Part shown: piece by piece, positions 1 to 9,838 of the stretch
How positions within the stretch are numbered: position 1 is the stretch's first letter
Layout of the letters: each line of letters starts with the position of its first letter
DNA from: Candidatus Woesearchaeota archaeon
GTDB taxonomy: Archaea > Nanobdellota > Nanobdellia > SCGC-AAA011-G17 > UBA489
DNA length: 64,000 nucleotides
Assembly (NCBI GenBank): GCA_018302985.1
Contig: JAGVZA010000014.1
Location: 7,184-71,183, forward strand
Reading direction: 5' to 3'
The notes under the pieces: generated by a model
What the model was told of the DNA's origin: nothing
What the model saw: the letters and a program-made list of their open reading frames with translations, nothing else
The model's database searches: none
Program-made: the position numbers and the translations under genes

Positions 1-42
1 ATTTAGACCTTGTTTGTTAGACCGTCTTAGACCGAAAATAAG

Positions 43-606
43 TTATTTCTTTTTTATAAAGACGTTGTAGGTTTTTCCCTGGCGTTCTCTTTGTACCAAA
101 TTCATCCTATCTAGTTGCAGAAGAATTGCCGAGACTTTTGCTTTGCTCCAATCAAGTCGAAATCGCAGAGAATCCTGTGTAATTTCGCCAGCTTTTTGTA
201 CTTCTTCCACCATCTTCTTTTCATCTGGAGATAATGCACGCTTCATAATCTCTACTTCATTTTCTTGCTTGAGAGAGTTTCCTTTCATCAGCAACCAAGC
301 AGCAATACTAATTATAATTGCCAAAAGAGTTGCAACTAAATTTAATACTATTTGTTCTTGATTTGAGAAAGTCATTATATGATCTCCCATTCTCACACCA
401 TGAGCAGGAATATTTGTCTTGATCAAGACAGGACTCAGTATCCATATAAAAAGCAGGTAGCAGCCAACCATAACAACAAGAATAAGTCCTATTTTTGTTA
501 CATAATCTAATGCTTTGATTTTTGTTAAGAAGCTCATCTCTTTTTGGTATATTTTTCTTTTTAAAAGGTTTTTGAATCTAGATATTTTGTATAATAAATC
601 ACTCAT
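43..606 (-). CDS. Membrane protein with C-terminal winged-helix (MarR/AsnC-like) domain
   Basis: Two hydrophobic helices, then LSPDEKKMV...ITQDSLRFRLDWSKAKVSAILLQLDRMNLVQRERQGKTYNV, a typical wHTH. Confidence 0.65.
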   Translation of the reverse strand: MSDLLYKISRFKNLLKRKIYQKEMSFLTKIKALDYVTKIGLILVVMVGCYLLFIWILSPVLIKTNIPAHGVRMGDHIMTFSNQEQIVLNLVATLLAIIISIAAWLLMKGNSLKQENEVEIMKRALSPDEKKMVEEVQKAGEITQDSLRFRLDWSKAKVSAILLQLDRMNLVQRERQGKTYNVFIKKK

Positions 607-664
607 TATCTTAGCAGGCTTTTATTGTTCATCGAAGATCTACCAAAATAACTTTTTTCGTTAG

Positions 665-2623
665 TTACTTTTTTGATGCACGTAATTTGAGTCGTCGTAA
701 TAAATTTGCATTCGTTACTACAGTAATCGAGCTTAAGGCCATAGCTAATTCTGCAATCACAGGATGCAACAATCCTGCCATAGCAACGGGAATAGCAATC
801 ACATTATAGGCAAACGCCCAGAAGAGATTTTGTTTGATCTTGCTAAACGTTTTTTTAGATAGGGTAATAGCTTCCACAACGCCAGTCAAAGATCCTTTAG
901 TCAAGACAAGATCACCAGCTTCAATAGCTATATCAGTTCCTGTACCCATGGCAATGCCGACATTCGCTTGTTTCAGTGCAGGCGCATCATTAATGCCATC
1001 GCCAACAAAAGCAACCATGCCATAGCGTTGTAATTCTTCAACTTTTTTTGCCTTCTCTTCTGGTAAGACTTGAGCAATCACTTGATCAATGCCTACTTGT
1101 CGAGCAATAGCTTGTGCTGTCACAGCATGATCTCCTGTAATCATCACAGTAACATAGCCTTCTCGCTTTAACTCTTGCAATGCAAAGAGAGAATCTTCTT
1201 TAACTGCGTCAGCAACACCGATCACGCCAATGACTCTTTTATTCTCAGCAACTAGCATGACAGTTTTGCCGTTAGATTGATAAGAATCAATAGTCTCTGT
1301 TACTTTAGCAAGAGGAATGCGTTTATCTTGAAGCAAAGCAACATTGCCAACAAGAACTTGTTTTGTTCCAATGATACCTTCAACACCTTTACCGCGAATG
1401 ATCTTGAATTGTTTCACAGGTTTGTAAGTATGTAATTGTGCTTTGGTAACTATAGCATGTGCTAAAGGATGTTCGCTCAATTTTTCCAGACTGGCTGCTA
1501 TTTCCCAGAGATGAGTTTCAGGAACTAAGCTATGGACTGCAGTAACTTCTGGTTTTCCTTTGGTGATAGTGCCTGTTTTATCAAAGACAATAGTCTTGAC
1601 GTCTTTCATGGTTTGAATTGCTTCTCCTTTTCTAATGAGGATGCCGTGTTTTGCTCCAATGCCCGCGCCGACAGTAAGAGAAATAGGAACAGCTAAGCCA
1701 AGTGAACAAGGACATGCAATAACTAAGACTGCAATAGCAATGCCTAGAGATAGTCCAAGATCGCCGCTAAAATACCACCAAGCGCCAAAGGTCAATAAAG
1801 TTAAAACTAAAATCACAGGAACAAAAATACTAGTGACTTTGTCTGCAACTTTCTGGATAGGAACTTTTGTGCCTTGTGCTTCTTCTACTAAATGAATAAT
1901 ATGTGCTAAGAAAGTATCTTTCCCAACTTTAGTTGCTTGAACATAGAGAACGCCATCTTGATTAATTGTTGCTCCAATAACAGGATCTTTAATTCTCTTT
2001 TCCACAGGCATACTTTCACCAGTGACCATGCTTTCATCAACTGCGCTGCCGCCTTTGACAACGATGCCATCAGTAGGAATTTTCTCTCCAGGTTTGATGA
2101 ACAAAATATCTCCAAGCTGTACTTGATCAATAGGAATCTCAAATTCTTGATTATTGCGAATGACTCTTGCTTGTTTTGCTCCAAGTTCTAGAAGTTTTCT
2201 AATCTCTTGTGTTGCTCTGCCTTTTGCTCGTGCTTCAACATATTTTCCAGTAATAAAAATAGCCATAATCATAGCTGCAACACCAGAATAATCTTTAGTT
2301 GGTAAAAAGAAAGTTAATACTCCTGTGAAATAAGCAATAACTGTTCCTAAGGCAATCAACGAATCCATACTGAAATAAAAAGTAAAGAATCCTCTAAAAC
2401 CACTCCATACAGTGGAAAATCCTACAATAAAAATAACCGGGAATGCTAAGCCAAGAATAACCCAATTCATAAGAGTTTCAGGTAATAAAAATATTCCTAA
2501 AAGTCGATCAGCAAACATCAGAACAGCAATAGGTATGGAAAAAATCCAAGCCCAAATAAGCTTTCTCATCCAGCTGCGAATTTCTGGATCATCTGGAAGT
2601 TCACTATGAGTATGGTCGTGCAT
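665..2623 (-). CDS. copA: Copper-translocating P1B-type ATPase (no N-terminal HMA domain; His-rich N-terminus)
   Basis: [24 protein letters not shown] and MxxSS motifs all intact. Confidence 0.93.
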   Translation of the reverse strand: MHDHTHSELPDDPEIRSWMRKLIWAWIFSIPIAVLMFADRLLGIFLLPETLMNWVILGLAFPVIFIVGFSTVWSGFRGFFTFYFSMDSLIALGTVIAYFTGVLTFFLPTKDYSGVAAMIMAIFITGKYVEARAKGRATQEIRKLLELGAKQARVIRNNQEFEIPIDQVQLGDILFIKPGEKIPTDGIVVKGGSAVDESMVTGESMPVEKRIKDPVIGATINQDGVLYVQATKVGKDTFLAHIIHLVEEAQGTKVPIQKVADKVTSIFVPVILVLTLLTFGAWWYFSGDLGLSLGIAIAVLVIACPCSLGLAVPISLTVGAGIGAKHGILIRKGEAIQTMKDVKTIVFDKTGTITKGKPEVTAVHSLVPETHLWEIAASLEKLSEHPLAHAIVTKAQLHTYKPVKQFKIIRGKGVEGIIGTKQVLVGNVALLQDKRIPLAKVTETIDSYQSNGKTVMLVAENKRVIGVIGVADAVKEDSLFALQELKREGYVTVMITGDHAVTAQAIARQVGIDQVIAQVLPEEKAKKVEELQRYGMVAFVGDGINDAPALKQANVGIAMGTGTDIAIEAGDLVLTKGSLTGVVEAITLSKKTFSKIKQNLFWAFAYNVIAIPVAMAGLLHPVIAELAMALSSITVVTNANLLRRLKLRASKK

Positions 2624-2647
2624 GGTTGTTAGTCTCCTGTTAGGTAG

Positions 2648-2872
2648 TTATGCTTTTTCAAAAGTAATCTGTGTTGCTGTATAACCTGCTTTTTTCACTG
2701 CTTGTTTTATATCTGTCTCTGTTACTTGGTCTTCACAGTCAGCATAGCCTTTTTTCATTAAAACATTGACGCGAATATTTTTGACTCCGCCCATTTTAGT
2801 TAAACTTTTTTCAACATGTGACGCGCAAGATGCGCAGTGCATGCCTTCAATCATCATCGTTGCTTTCTTCAT
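2648..2872 (-). CDS. copZ: HMA-domain copper chaperone
   Basis: GMHCASC motif; start placed at ATG 2872 behind a GGAGG SD-like site; adjacent to copA. Confidence 0.88.
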   Translation of the reverse strand: MKKATMMIEGMHCASCASHVEKSLTKMGGVKNIRVNVLMKKGYADCEDQVTETDIKQAVKKAGYTATQITFEKA

Positions 2873-2877
2873 GGTAA

Positions 2878-3093
2878 TTATTTCCTCCATTGCTTAGTCT
2901 TGTGTTGCAGTTGTTGTGAAAACCAAAAAGTACCTAAAATAAGGAAGATCAGAACAGGTATCCAAAAAAAGAGCATACCAAAGCCCATAAATCCATAACC
3001 AGTACATCCAAAACCTCTAGTGCTGTTGCCGAAGAGAATAAATAAGACAAGTAAACCAACAATGCCCCAAGCTAAGGAAGAGTTATTCTGCAT
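2878..3093 (-). CDS. Small two-helix membrane protein of the copper operon
   Basis: 71 aa, hydrophobic, GxGFMGFGM segment; overlaps neighbours in the co-oriented cluster. Confidence 0.6.
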   Translation of the reverse strand: MQNNSSLAWGIVGLLVLFILFGNSTRGFGCTGYGFMGFGMLFFWIPVLIFLILGTFWFSQQLQHKTKQWRK

Positions 3094-3451
3094 CTTGTTT
3101 CACCTCTCGTAAAATATGGATACAATGCTGTGACATGTGATGGTCAATGAGTTGCATTAAAGGTAAGATAGTTTTTTCATTAAGCATATAATAGCGATAT
3201 TTGCCATCGACTTCAGTCTTGACAAAACCGCATTTCTTCAAGCGTGCAAGATCATGGGAGACTGCTGTTTGATCTAAGTGTAGTGCTGCAGCAAGCTCTG
3301 TGACATTTTTCTTGTCCTTTCTTAAAATATTAATAATCTTCAGTCTGGATTCAGAAACTAAAGTACCAAAGAAAATTTTGTAGGCTCCATAAATCTCAGT
3401 TTCATCAAATCCTTCTTGATGGCAATGTTGTAATATGGTTTTATTAATCAT
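3083..3451 (-). CDS. ArsR/SmtB family metalloregulator
   Basis: SESRLKIINILR...VTELAAALHLDQTAVSHDLARLKKCGFV...GKYRYY HTH; Cys/His at both ends. Confidence 0.9.
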   Translation of the reverse strand: MINKTILQHCHQEGFDETEIYGAYKIFFGTLVSESRLKIINILRKDKKNVTELAAALHLDQTAVSHDLARLKKCGFVKTEVDGKYRYYMLNEKTILPLMQLIDHHMSQHCIHILREVKQDAE

Positions 3452-3491
3452 ATGAAAGTTAGATACATATGTTATATATAAAGGTTGCGAT

Positions 3492-4838
3492 TTAAAAGAA
3501 TGTCCATGTAAAGTATGCTAAAAAACTCATAAGGAACGCTCCAGCGAGGGAAATCAGTAGTCCGGCCTTGAGCAAGTCCTTGATATGCACATACCCGGTA
3601 GCATGTGCCATCGCAGTAGGTGGTGTTCCCATGGGAAGCACAAAGTCTAAACTGACGCCTATAGAAGCAGCAACAACTAAGTTAGTCATATCTGTGTTAA
3701 GCACTGTAGCAAGTGCAGTAATAATAGGAATAAAAACAGAAGAGGCGGCAGTATTGCTCAGAAAGCTAGTAAGGAGTATGCCTGCAACACCCATGACTAA
3801 AAGCACTATAAAATAATGTTGAGAGACCAATGAGGCTCCAAGGAAATGAGAAATGCTATCGTCCAAACCAGAAGTGTCAATGGCCATGCCTAAAGCAATA
3901 CCTCCTCCAATCAAGATGAGGGAGTCCCAGCCAATCTTATGAAAATCTTTAGTATTTATCAGATTGAAAACTGACAAGAGCACTACAGGAACTAAAGCAA
4001 TAACGCTGCTATGAAATCCATGCAGACTCTCAGTTATCCAAAGAAGCACAGTGAGTGATAATATTGCTGCGACTTGTATTTGTTTTTTGGTAAAAGGATG
4101 CACATGTTTCTGCATTTTCAAAAAATGTCTTTCAGAAGGGAAAATCTTGCGAAGGATATACCAAGTGATCAACACCATGAGTATCATGAAAGGAAATCCT
4201 CTCAACCCCCACTCAAGGAAACCAAACGTGATGTCATGTTCTGTCAAGAATTTCTGTGCTATAATATTAGGAGTGCTTCCGATAAGTGTTCCAATGCCAC
4301 CAATAGTCGCGCCATAGGCAACTGCTAAAATTAATGATTTTCCAAATTGAGATTTAATAGGCCTCATTCTGTTTTTTGCTAAGATAAACAGTGCAATAGG
4401 CATGGCAATAGCTGTAGCTGCGGAATTACTCATCCACATAGAGAGAAATGCTGTTGCAGTGAGTACGCCAAGTAAGACCATAGAAGAAGAAACGCCAAAT
4501 TTGCCAAGAAGCTTATGCGCTAAATATTCATCAAGCCTGTGCTTATGCATCGCAATAGCAAGGATAAAACCACCAAAGACTAGTACAACAACTTTGTCAA
4601 AAAACTGGGCAAAGACTTTGTCTGCAGGAAAGCGTCCAAAGACAATAAGTAATAAGGCAACAGCCAATGCAGTGGCATGCAAAGGAATAACTTCTGAGAT
4701 CCAAAGCACCAGAGCAAAGCCAATAATGGCAATAGTCATCTGTGCTTGGTTAGAGAGTCCTAAAGGAAGAAGAGCAAGAACACTAAAAAGCAATAGAGCG
4801 CTCAGAAGAATAATCCCTCGTTTGTGATGAGTCTGCAT
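3492..4838 (-). CDS. DASS/SLC13 family anion:Na+ symporter
   Basis: About 12 TM helices; SMWMSNSA, GTLIGSTPN, SFLSNTA, LPMGTPP motifs. Confidence 0.9.
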   Translation of the reverse strand: MQTHHKRGIILLSALLLFSVLALLPLGLSNQAQMTIAIIGFALVLWISEVIPLHATALAVALLLIVFGRFPADKVFAQFFDKVVVLVFGGFILAIAMHKHRLDEYLAHKLLGKFGVSSSMVLLGVLTATAFLSMWMSNSAATAIAMPIALFILAKNRMRPIKSQFGKSLILAVAYGATIGGIGTLIGSTPNIIAQKFLTEHDITFGFLEWGLRGFPFMILMVLITWYILRKIFPSERHFLKMQKHVHPFTKKQIQVAAILSLTVLLWITESLHGFHSSVIALVPVVLLSVFNLINTKDFHKIGWDSLILIGGGIALGMAIDTSGLDDSISHFLGASLVSQHYFIVLLVMGVAGILLTSFLSNTAASSVFIPIITALATVLNTDMTNLVVAASIGVSLDFVLPMGTPPTAMAHATGYVHIKDLLKAGLLISLAGAFLMSFLAYFTWTFF

Positions 4839-5054
4839 ATAATCCCCTCTTTTCTAGAGAACTAAGAGAAGTCTCTCTTTAAGAATATTATTGTTGTTGA
4901 AAGAAGGTAAGCTGTAAAATAAACATCTGAAATTTTGAACAAAATTAATATCTCTTAATTTTTATTTCAATTCTACTACTTGTGAATTTCCTTCTAAAAG
5001 AGTAGGAGTTAATTTAGAATTAGGAGAAATAAATAGCTTAATCTAATAACAATA

Positions 5055-5822
5055 TTATCTCTTTGAGATCTTCCACAACTCTTCAAAATATTTTCTAAAA
5101 GAATCAGCCGTTTCTCTATCTTTAACTAGAATAATAATAGGTTCTTCTCTTCTGAATAGAATAGCAGTTATATTTCTAAAAATTAATATTTCTGTTGGTG
5201 TATAATCAAAAAGAAACCTTTTGTTATAAGTCTTTTTTAGATTTTTCTCAATTTTTGCTATGTAGTTTCTTGCGCTTTCATTGAAAATTGTTTTTATTTT
5301 AAGTCCTTTTTTAAATGCAATTCTTCCATATTTTGTATAAAACAGTTCTAATTTTCTTTCTTCTTTGCTTGTTCCAGCGCCGATAATATGAACTTCTTCA
5401 TTCTTTTTTGCCATATCTAAAAAACTAATAAAAACAGTCTCTATTCCTTTCCATCCCATAAATACTTCTACTTTTACGCTTTCCGGAATATTTTCATATT
5501 GTGATTGAAACTCTGGCATAATTTTCTCTAATTCTTTTTCTTCTTGTAAAATTTCTTCTTGTTTTTTACGAAGATAATCTCTAATTCTAACTGGCGGACC
5601 TCCCATAAAGTGTTTTACCCCATTTTTTATAATAATGCTGCATAATCCTTTATCAATTAATTTATCAGTTATTTCATAAATTTTTGAAGGAGCAATTTTA
5701 GATTCTCTGATAAGATTGCCTTTTGAAGAAGTGCCTAACTTAATCAGAGCCAGATAAACTTTTATTTCTGACTCCGTCAATCCAATCTTTCTAAGGAAAT
5801 TATAACTTATTTCTTCTTTCAT
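5055..5822 (-). CDS. TrmB family transcriptional regulator
   Basis: IGLTESEIKVYLALIKLG...KIYEITDKLIDKGL HTH plus C-terminal effector domain; ATG 5822 follows GGAGGTGA. Confidence 0.88.
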   Translation of the reverse strand: MKEEISYNFLRKIGLTESEIKVYLALIKLGTSSKGNLIRESKIAPSKIYEITDKLIDKGLCSIIIKNGVKHFMGGPPVRIRDYLRKKQEEILQEEKELEKIMPEFQSQYENIPESVKVEVFMGWKGIETVFISFLDMAKKNEEVHIIGAGTSKEERKLELFYTKYGRIAFKKGLKIKTIFNESARNYIAKIEKNLKKTYNKRFLFDYTPTEILIFRNITAILFRREEPIIILVKDRETADSFRKYFEELWKISKR

Positions 5823-5878
5823 CGTCACCTCCAAAGGGGGGGCTCTTATTTATAAATTTTTCCTTAAGATTTTACTTA

Positions 5879-6373
5879 ATGAATGAAGAAAAAGAACCAA
5901 ATGAGATACTAGTAAGTGGATTAGAATTAGCTCTGCGTCCAGCAGACGAAAGAGACATAGGTTTTTGTTACGAGTTAATGAGTCATAATATGAGGGATTT
6001 GTTTGATAGGAATACGCAAGAAAAATGGTCAAGAGCTAAATTTAGGTCAGGGTTTAGACCAGATAGAATTACAATAGTTGAGCATGAGGGAATGTCTGTT
6101 GGATTTTATGATTATGAAATTGTTGAAGCTAAATGGATATATGTACATAATCTTCACTTATCTAAAGATTATCAAACGGGCGTCGGCACCAAAATAATTA
6201 GATTAATAGAACAGGCAGCAAGAGATCGTAGCGTTAAAGCTGTAATTGCGAAGGTTTTTGCTGAAAACTCAAGAATTATTAAATGGTTACAAAGGAAGGG
6301 GTATAATCTTGGTGAGAAGATTGAACCAGAGAATTCTTATTGGGTGAAAAAAGATTTGCAGGAGATACAATGA
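5879..6373 (+). CDS. GNAT family acetyltransferase
   Basis: LRPADERD N-terminus; LHLSKDYQTGVGTKII acetyl-CoA motif A; ATGA overlap with yhhQ. Confidence 0.85.
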   Translation: MNEEKEPNEILVSGLELALRPADERDIGFCYELMSHNMRDLFDRNTQEKWSRAKFRSGFRPDRITIVEHEGMSVGFYDYEIVEAKWIYVHNLHLSKDYQTGVGTKIIRLIEQAARDRSVKAVIAKVFAENSRIIKWLQRKGYNLGEKIEPENSYWVKKDLQEIQ

Positions 6374-7026
6374 GATATTTTAGCATTATATCTTCAATAT
6401 TTGTAGCAGTTTTGATGGTTTCAAACACAATAGCAACAAAATTGTTCTCTTTAGGTCCTTTTATCTTTACTGGAGCGATATTTGTTTTTCCCATTAGTTA
6501 TATCTTTGGTGATATTTTGGTAGAAGTTTATGGATATAGTCATTCAAGAAAAATAATATGGACTGGTTTTTTTGCACTTATAAGTATGTCAATTATTTAT
6601 TGGTTAGTTGGTCTTCTTCCACCAGCACCCGGATGGGAAAACCAAGAGGCATATGTTGCAATTTTAGGAGTAGTTCCAAGAATAGTAATTGCTTCGATAA
6701 TAGGTTTTTGGGTAGGAGAATTTTCGAATGCTTTTGTTTTGGCGAAATTGAAGGTATTAACATCTGGAAAGCATTTATGGACTAGGACAATTGGCTCCAC
6801 AATCGTTGGACAAGGAGTAGATACAATCCTATTTACATTCATTGGTTTTTTTGGTATAATCCCGAATCGAGTTTTAGTAGCAGCAATTTTATCAGGCTAC
6901 ATTTTCAAGGTAGTTTATGAAGCTGTTGCTACCCCATTAACTTATAAGATAGTTGGATTCTTGAAGAAAAGAGAAGGAATTGATCACTTTGATTATAAAA
7001 CAAGCTTCAATCCCTTTAAATTTTGA
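6370..7026 (+). CDS. yhhQ: Queuosine/archaeosine precursor transporter (VUT/YhhQ family)
   Basis: SNTIATK, GAIFVFPISYIFGDILVEVYG, RIVIAS, LWTRTIGSTIVGQGVDT motifs. Confidence 0.9.
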   Translation: MRYFSIISSIFVAVLMVSNTIATKLFSLGPFIFTGAIFVFPISYIFGDILVEVYGYSHSRKIIWTGFFALISMSIIYWLVGLLPPAPGWENQEAYVAILGVVPRIVIASIIGFWVGEFSNAFVLAKLKVLTSGKHLWTRTIGSTIVGQGVDTILFTFIGFFGIIPNRVLVAAILSGYIFKVVYEAVATPLTYKIVGFLKKREGIDHFDYKTSFNPFKF

Positions 7027-7098
7027 TAGTAATCTGACACCAAATTTACAGCACAAAAGAGAGCAAACTTTATATGGACTCAAGAACTAGGTAAAGTA

Positions 7099-7299
7099 AT
7101 GTGTCTCGCGATCCCTGGAAAAATAATTAAGATAGAAGATGATGATGCTATAGTTGATTATATTTCTGAAAAAAGAGTAGGAAAAATAGTGGAAGGAACT
7201 TACAAAGTGGGTGATTATGTTATTATTCAGGGCGGATTAGTTATTGAGCAAATACCAGAAGAGCAAGCAAAAAAATGGTTGAAAGCATTGCCAAAATGA
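7099..7299 (+). CDS. hypC: Hydrogenase maturation chaperone HypC/HybG family
   Basis: MCLAIPGKI N-terminus and KVGDYVII; conserved His replaced by Gln. Confidence 0.88.
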   Translation: MCLAIPGKIIKIEDDDAIVDYISEKRVGKIVEGTYKVGDYVIIQGGLVIEQIPEEQAKKWLKALPK

Positions 7300-7805
7300 C
7301 TCCAGAAGATCTTTTTCTCAAATATGCCTTTCCATGCACTATTGTGAAAGTGGCAAGAAAAGAAATCACGCAGCAAGAATATGAGTCTCTTGAGCAGGCA
7401 GCAAAAGAAAATCAGCCAGTGTCAAGAGAAAGATTAGAGAAGACTTATCCTGCTGCTGTAGCAAGAATGAAAGCAGTAGCAAAGGAGAAAGGGCAAGTCT
7501 ATTTTTCTGAGGAAAATATTCGTGATTATTTTTTAGGCAGACATAATGAATTGTTGCGAGGAACTTTCAAACCAACTAAAGAGCAAGGACCTGCGCTTGA
7601 TGAGAATCTCCCTCAAGCTATTCGAGAACTTTGTCTTATCACAACAGGAAAGATAGTGAAAAAAGGAGAAGCATTTTATGTAGTAGAATTTGCTGCTGGC
7701 AAAGAAACAAAGCGAAGAGCAGTATCTAATATGCTTGCGTCTGATGCAGAGATAGGAAATGTAATTAGAATGCATTATGGTTACGCTGTTGAAAAAGTGT
7801 CTTGA
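7296..7805 (+). CDS. Hydrogenase-cluster protein with C-terminal HypC-like OB fold (DUF6390-like)
   Basis: ATGA overlap with hypC; LFLKYAFPC N-terminus; C-terminal C...GKIV...EIGNVIRMHYGYAVEKV. Confidence 0.6.
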   Translation: MTPEDLFLKYAFPCTIVKVARKEITQQEYESLEQAAKENQPVSRERLEKTYPAAVARMKAVAKEKGQVYFSEENIRDYFLGRHNELLRGTFKPTKEQGPALDENLPQAIRELCLITTGKIVKKGEAFYVVEFAAGKETKRRAVSNMLASDAEIGNVIRMHYGYAVEKVS

Positions 7806-8683
7806 TGTGTTTTCTTTCGTTCCAAAAAATAAAGCAATAAACTAATACCGCTTATAAGAAGCAGGCTGCCAAAGAATTCTGAGAGTGAAAGTGTGTGAGT
7901 CACAAAAATAAAATTAAGCAAGGTTGTTACTGGACTTCCCAAGAGAAGAATAGCAGTGGCAGTAGTGATCTTCACAGTCTTGATGCCGTTGTACCAAGTG
8001 TAAGTATAACCAAAGAGTAAAAGTGAAGTAAAGACAGTCCATAAGAGTTGCTTACCAGTGAGCTGCATAAGTTGACCTAAATCTTGGGTGAATGCCAAGA
8101 AGAGTAGGATGAACAGAGAGCCAAAGAACATGCGGCCAAAGGCTACAATTGTTCCAGAAACAGTTTTAACAAGGTCTTTGGAAAGAATGTTTTCTACTGC
8201 CCAAAAGACAGTTGCTAATAAGATCAATAACTCTCCAGTGCCAAAAGAGAAAGTCTGTAGTTTTAAGAGAAGGAAATTACCTGCAAGAAGTAAGAGCGCA
8301 GAGATAAAGACAGTTTTATGCAGTTTCTCCTTCAGGAAAAAAAGAGCAAGGACTGCAACAAAGATAAACATAGTCTTATGAACAAAAGATCCTGCTGCGC
8401 TGCTAGTTAAAGAAAGTCCCTTGAAGAATAAGAGAAAAGGAATGCTGCCTCCAACAAGACCTATAATAACCAGTCTTCCCCAGTGTCGTAGAGAAAGGGT
8501 TTTCAAAGTGCTGAATTCTCGCAGGAGTAATAAGAGAGAGAAAAGAAAGAGTGTTGTCATAATATTTTTTAAAAAAGTAAAAAGATAAGGCTGAACCATC
8601 GACACAGAAAATTTATTGAGAAAAATAGAAAAGCCGCTGATCAATGCAGTCGCAAAAACTAACCACACCCCTTTAATAGTCAT
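7781..8683 (-). CDS. DMT/EamA family transporter
   Basis: 10 TM helices in two repeated halves. Confidence 0.88.
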   Translation of the reverse strand: MTIKGVWLVFATALISGFSIFLNKFSVSMVQPYLFTFLKNIMTTLFLFSLLLLLREFSTLKTLSLRHWGRLVIIGLVGGSIPFLLFFKGLSLTSSAAGSFVHKTMFIFVAVLALFFLKEKLHKTVFISALLLLAGNFLLLKLQTFSFGTGELLILLATVFWAVENILSKDLVKTVSGTIVAFGRMFFGSLFILLFLAFTQDLGQLMQLTGKQLLWTVFTSLLLFGYTYTWYNGIKTVKITTATAILLLGSPVTTLLNFIFVTHTLSLSEFFGSLLLISGISLLLYFLERKKTHQDTFSTA

Positions 8684-8776
8684 AGAATGAAAAAGGAAGA
8701 TACATTTATAAATATTGCTACACTTTCTCTTTAGATACTACTAACTTTTTATGGTAGAAAGAGATGAAAAAGAGAG

Positions 8777-9700
8777 ATGAAAAAAGAAGTCATCGTGATT
8801 GGTTGTGGTCCTGCAGGTCTTTCTGCAGCAATTTATTTGGGAAGAGCAAACATCGATACTTTAGTTCTAGGAAAACAAAAAGACAGCCAAGTCATGAAAG
8901 CTCATCTTATCATGAATTATTTAGGTTTCCCAAAAGGAATAACTGGTGAACAGCTCCTCAAAAATGCTATGGATCAGGTAAGAGTATACAATGTTCCCAT
9001 CCTAGAGAATGAAGTGATTAATGTCGAGCAAGATAAGGAGTCATTTATTTTAGAAACAGAAGATGGCAAAGTGTATGAATCTAAAGCGCTTATCATTGCA
9101 ACAGGTACGCCTATTAAGCTTTCAGGCATAGAGAATGAAGAAAGATTGACCAGCAAAGGTGTTCATTATTGTGTAGAATGTGACGGTCCTCTCTATCACA
9201 ACAAGAATCTGGCAGTCATTGGTAATGGGAATCATGCGGCAGAGGAAGCTATCCTTCTTTTGTCCTATACTAAGAACATAACTATAATTGCAAATGCAGA
9301 TCGATTTGAAATATCTTCAAAGTTACGAGACCAGATAAAGAAGAACAAGATTCCTATGATAACAAAATCAGTAAAATCTTTCGACGGAGAAACGAAAATA
9401 GAAGGCATAACACTCATGGATGGTCAGAAGATGAAGTTTGATGGTGTCTTCATGGGTTGTGGAGAGCTCTCTGCTTTTGACTTTTCTGCGAAACTCGCTT
9501 TAACAATCGAAAATGATTCTTTGATTGTAGATAAAAATGGCATGACTAGTGTGAAAGGTATTTTCGCAGCTGGTAATTGCATTTCAAAGTGCAGGCAAGT
9601 CGCGAAGTCTGTCGGTGACGGATGTAATGCAGCCTTGTCAGCTATCAGGTATGTGCGCAACAAAGAAGTCTATCAAGATTATGCAACAAGCAAGAATTAA
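8777..9700 (+). CDS. trxB: Thioredoxin reductase-like FAD-dependent disulfide oxidoreductase
   Basis: GCGPAGLSAA, IIATG, CVECDG redox motif, GIFAAGNC. Confidence 0.88.
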   Translation: MKKEVIVIGCGPAGLSAAIYLGRANIDTLVLGKQKDSQVMKAHLIMNYLGFPKGITGEQLLKNAMDQVRVYNVPILENEVINVEQDKESFILETEDGKVYESKALIIATGTPIKLSGIENEERLTSKGVHYCVECDGPLYHNKNLAVIGNGNHAAEEAILLLSYTKNITIIANADRFEISSKLRDQIKKNKIPMITKSVKSFDGETKIEGITLMDGQKMKFDGVFMGCGELSAFDFSAKLALTIENDSLIVDKNGMTSVKGIFAAGNCISKCRQVAKSVGDGCNAALSAIRYVRNKEVYQDYATSKN

Positions 9701-9827
9701 CAAGGAATGGCATCAAGATCATAAAATGCCTAAGAATCCAACAGTGGAGCAAAGAAGCAGTTGGCATGAAGAACATCAAAAATATTGTTCCTGTAGGCCT
9801 ATGCCTAAAACAATAATCAAAACATGA
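9681..9827 (+). CDS. Small His/Cys/Trp-rich protein (48 aa)
   Basis: INKEWHQDHKMPKNPTVEQRSSWHEEHQKYCSCRPMP; fills the gap between trxB and the ferredoxin gene. Confidence 0.6.
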   Translation: MQQARINKEWHQDHKMPKNPTVEQRSSWHEEHQKYCSCRPMPKTIIKT

Positions 9828-9838
9828 GGTGGCAAGTG

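Noticed and set aside
4839-5054. Possible gene remnant in the 216-nt gap between DASS and TrmB
   Set aside because: Only a short open stretch with no recognizable motif.
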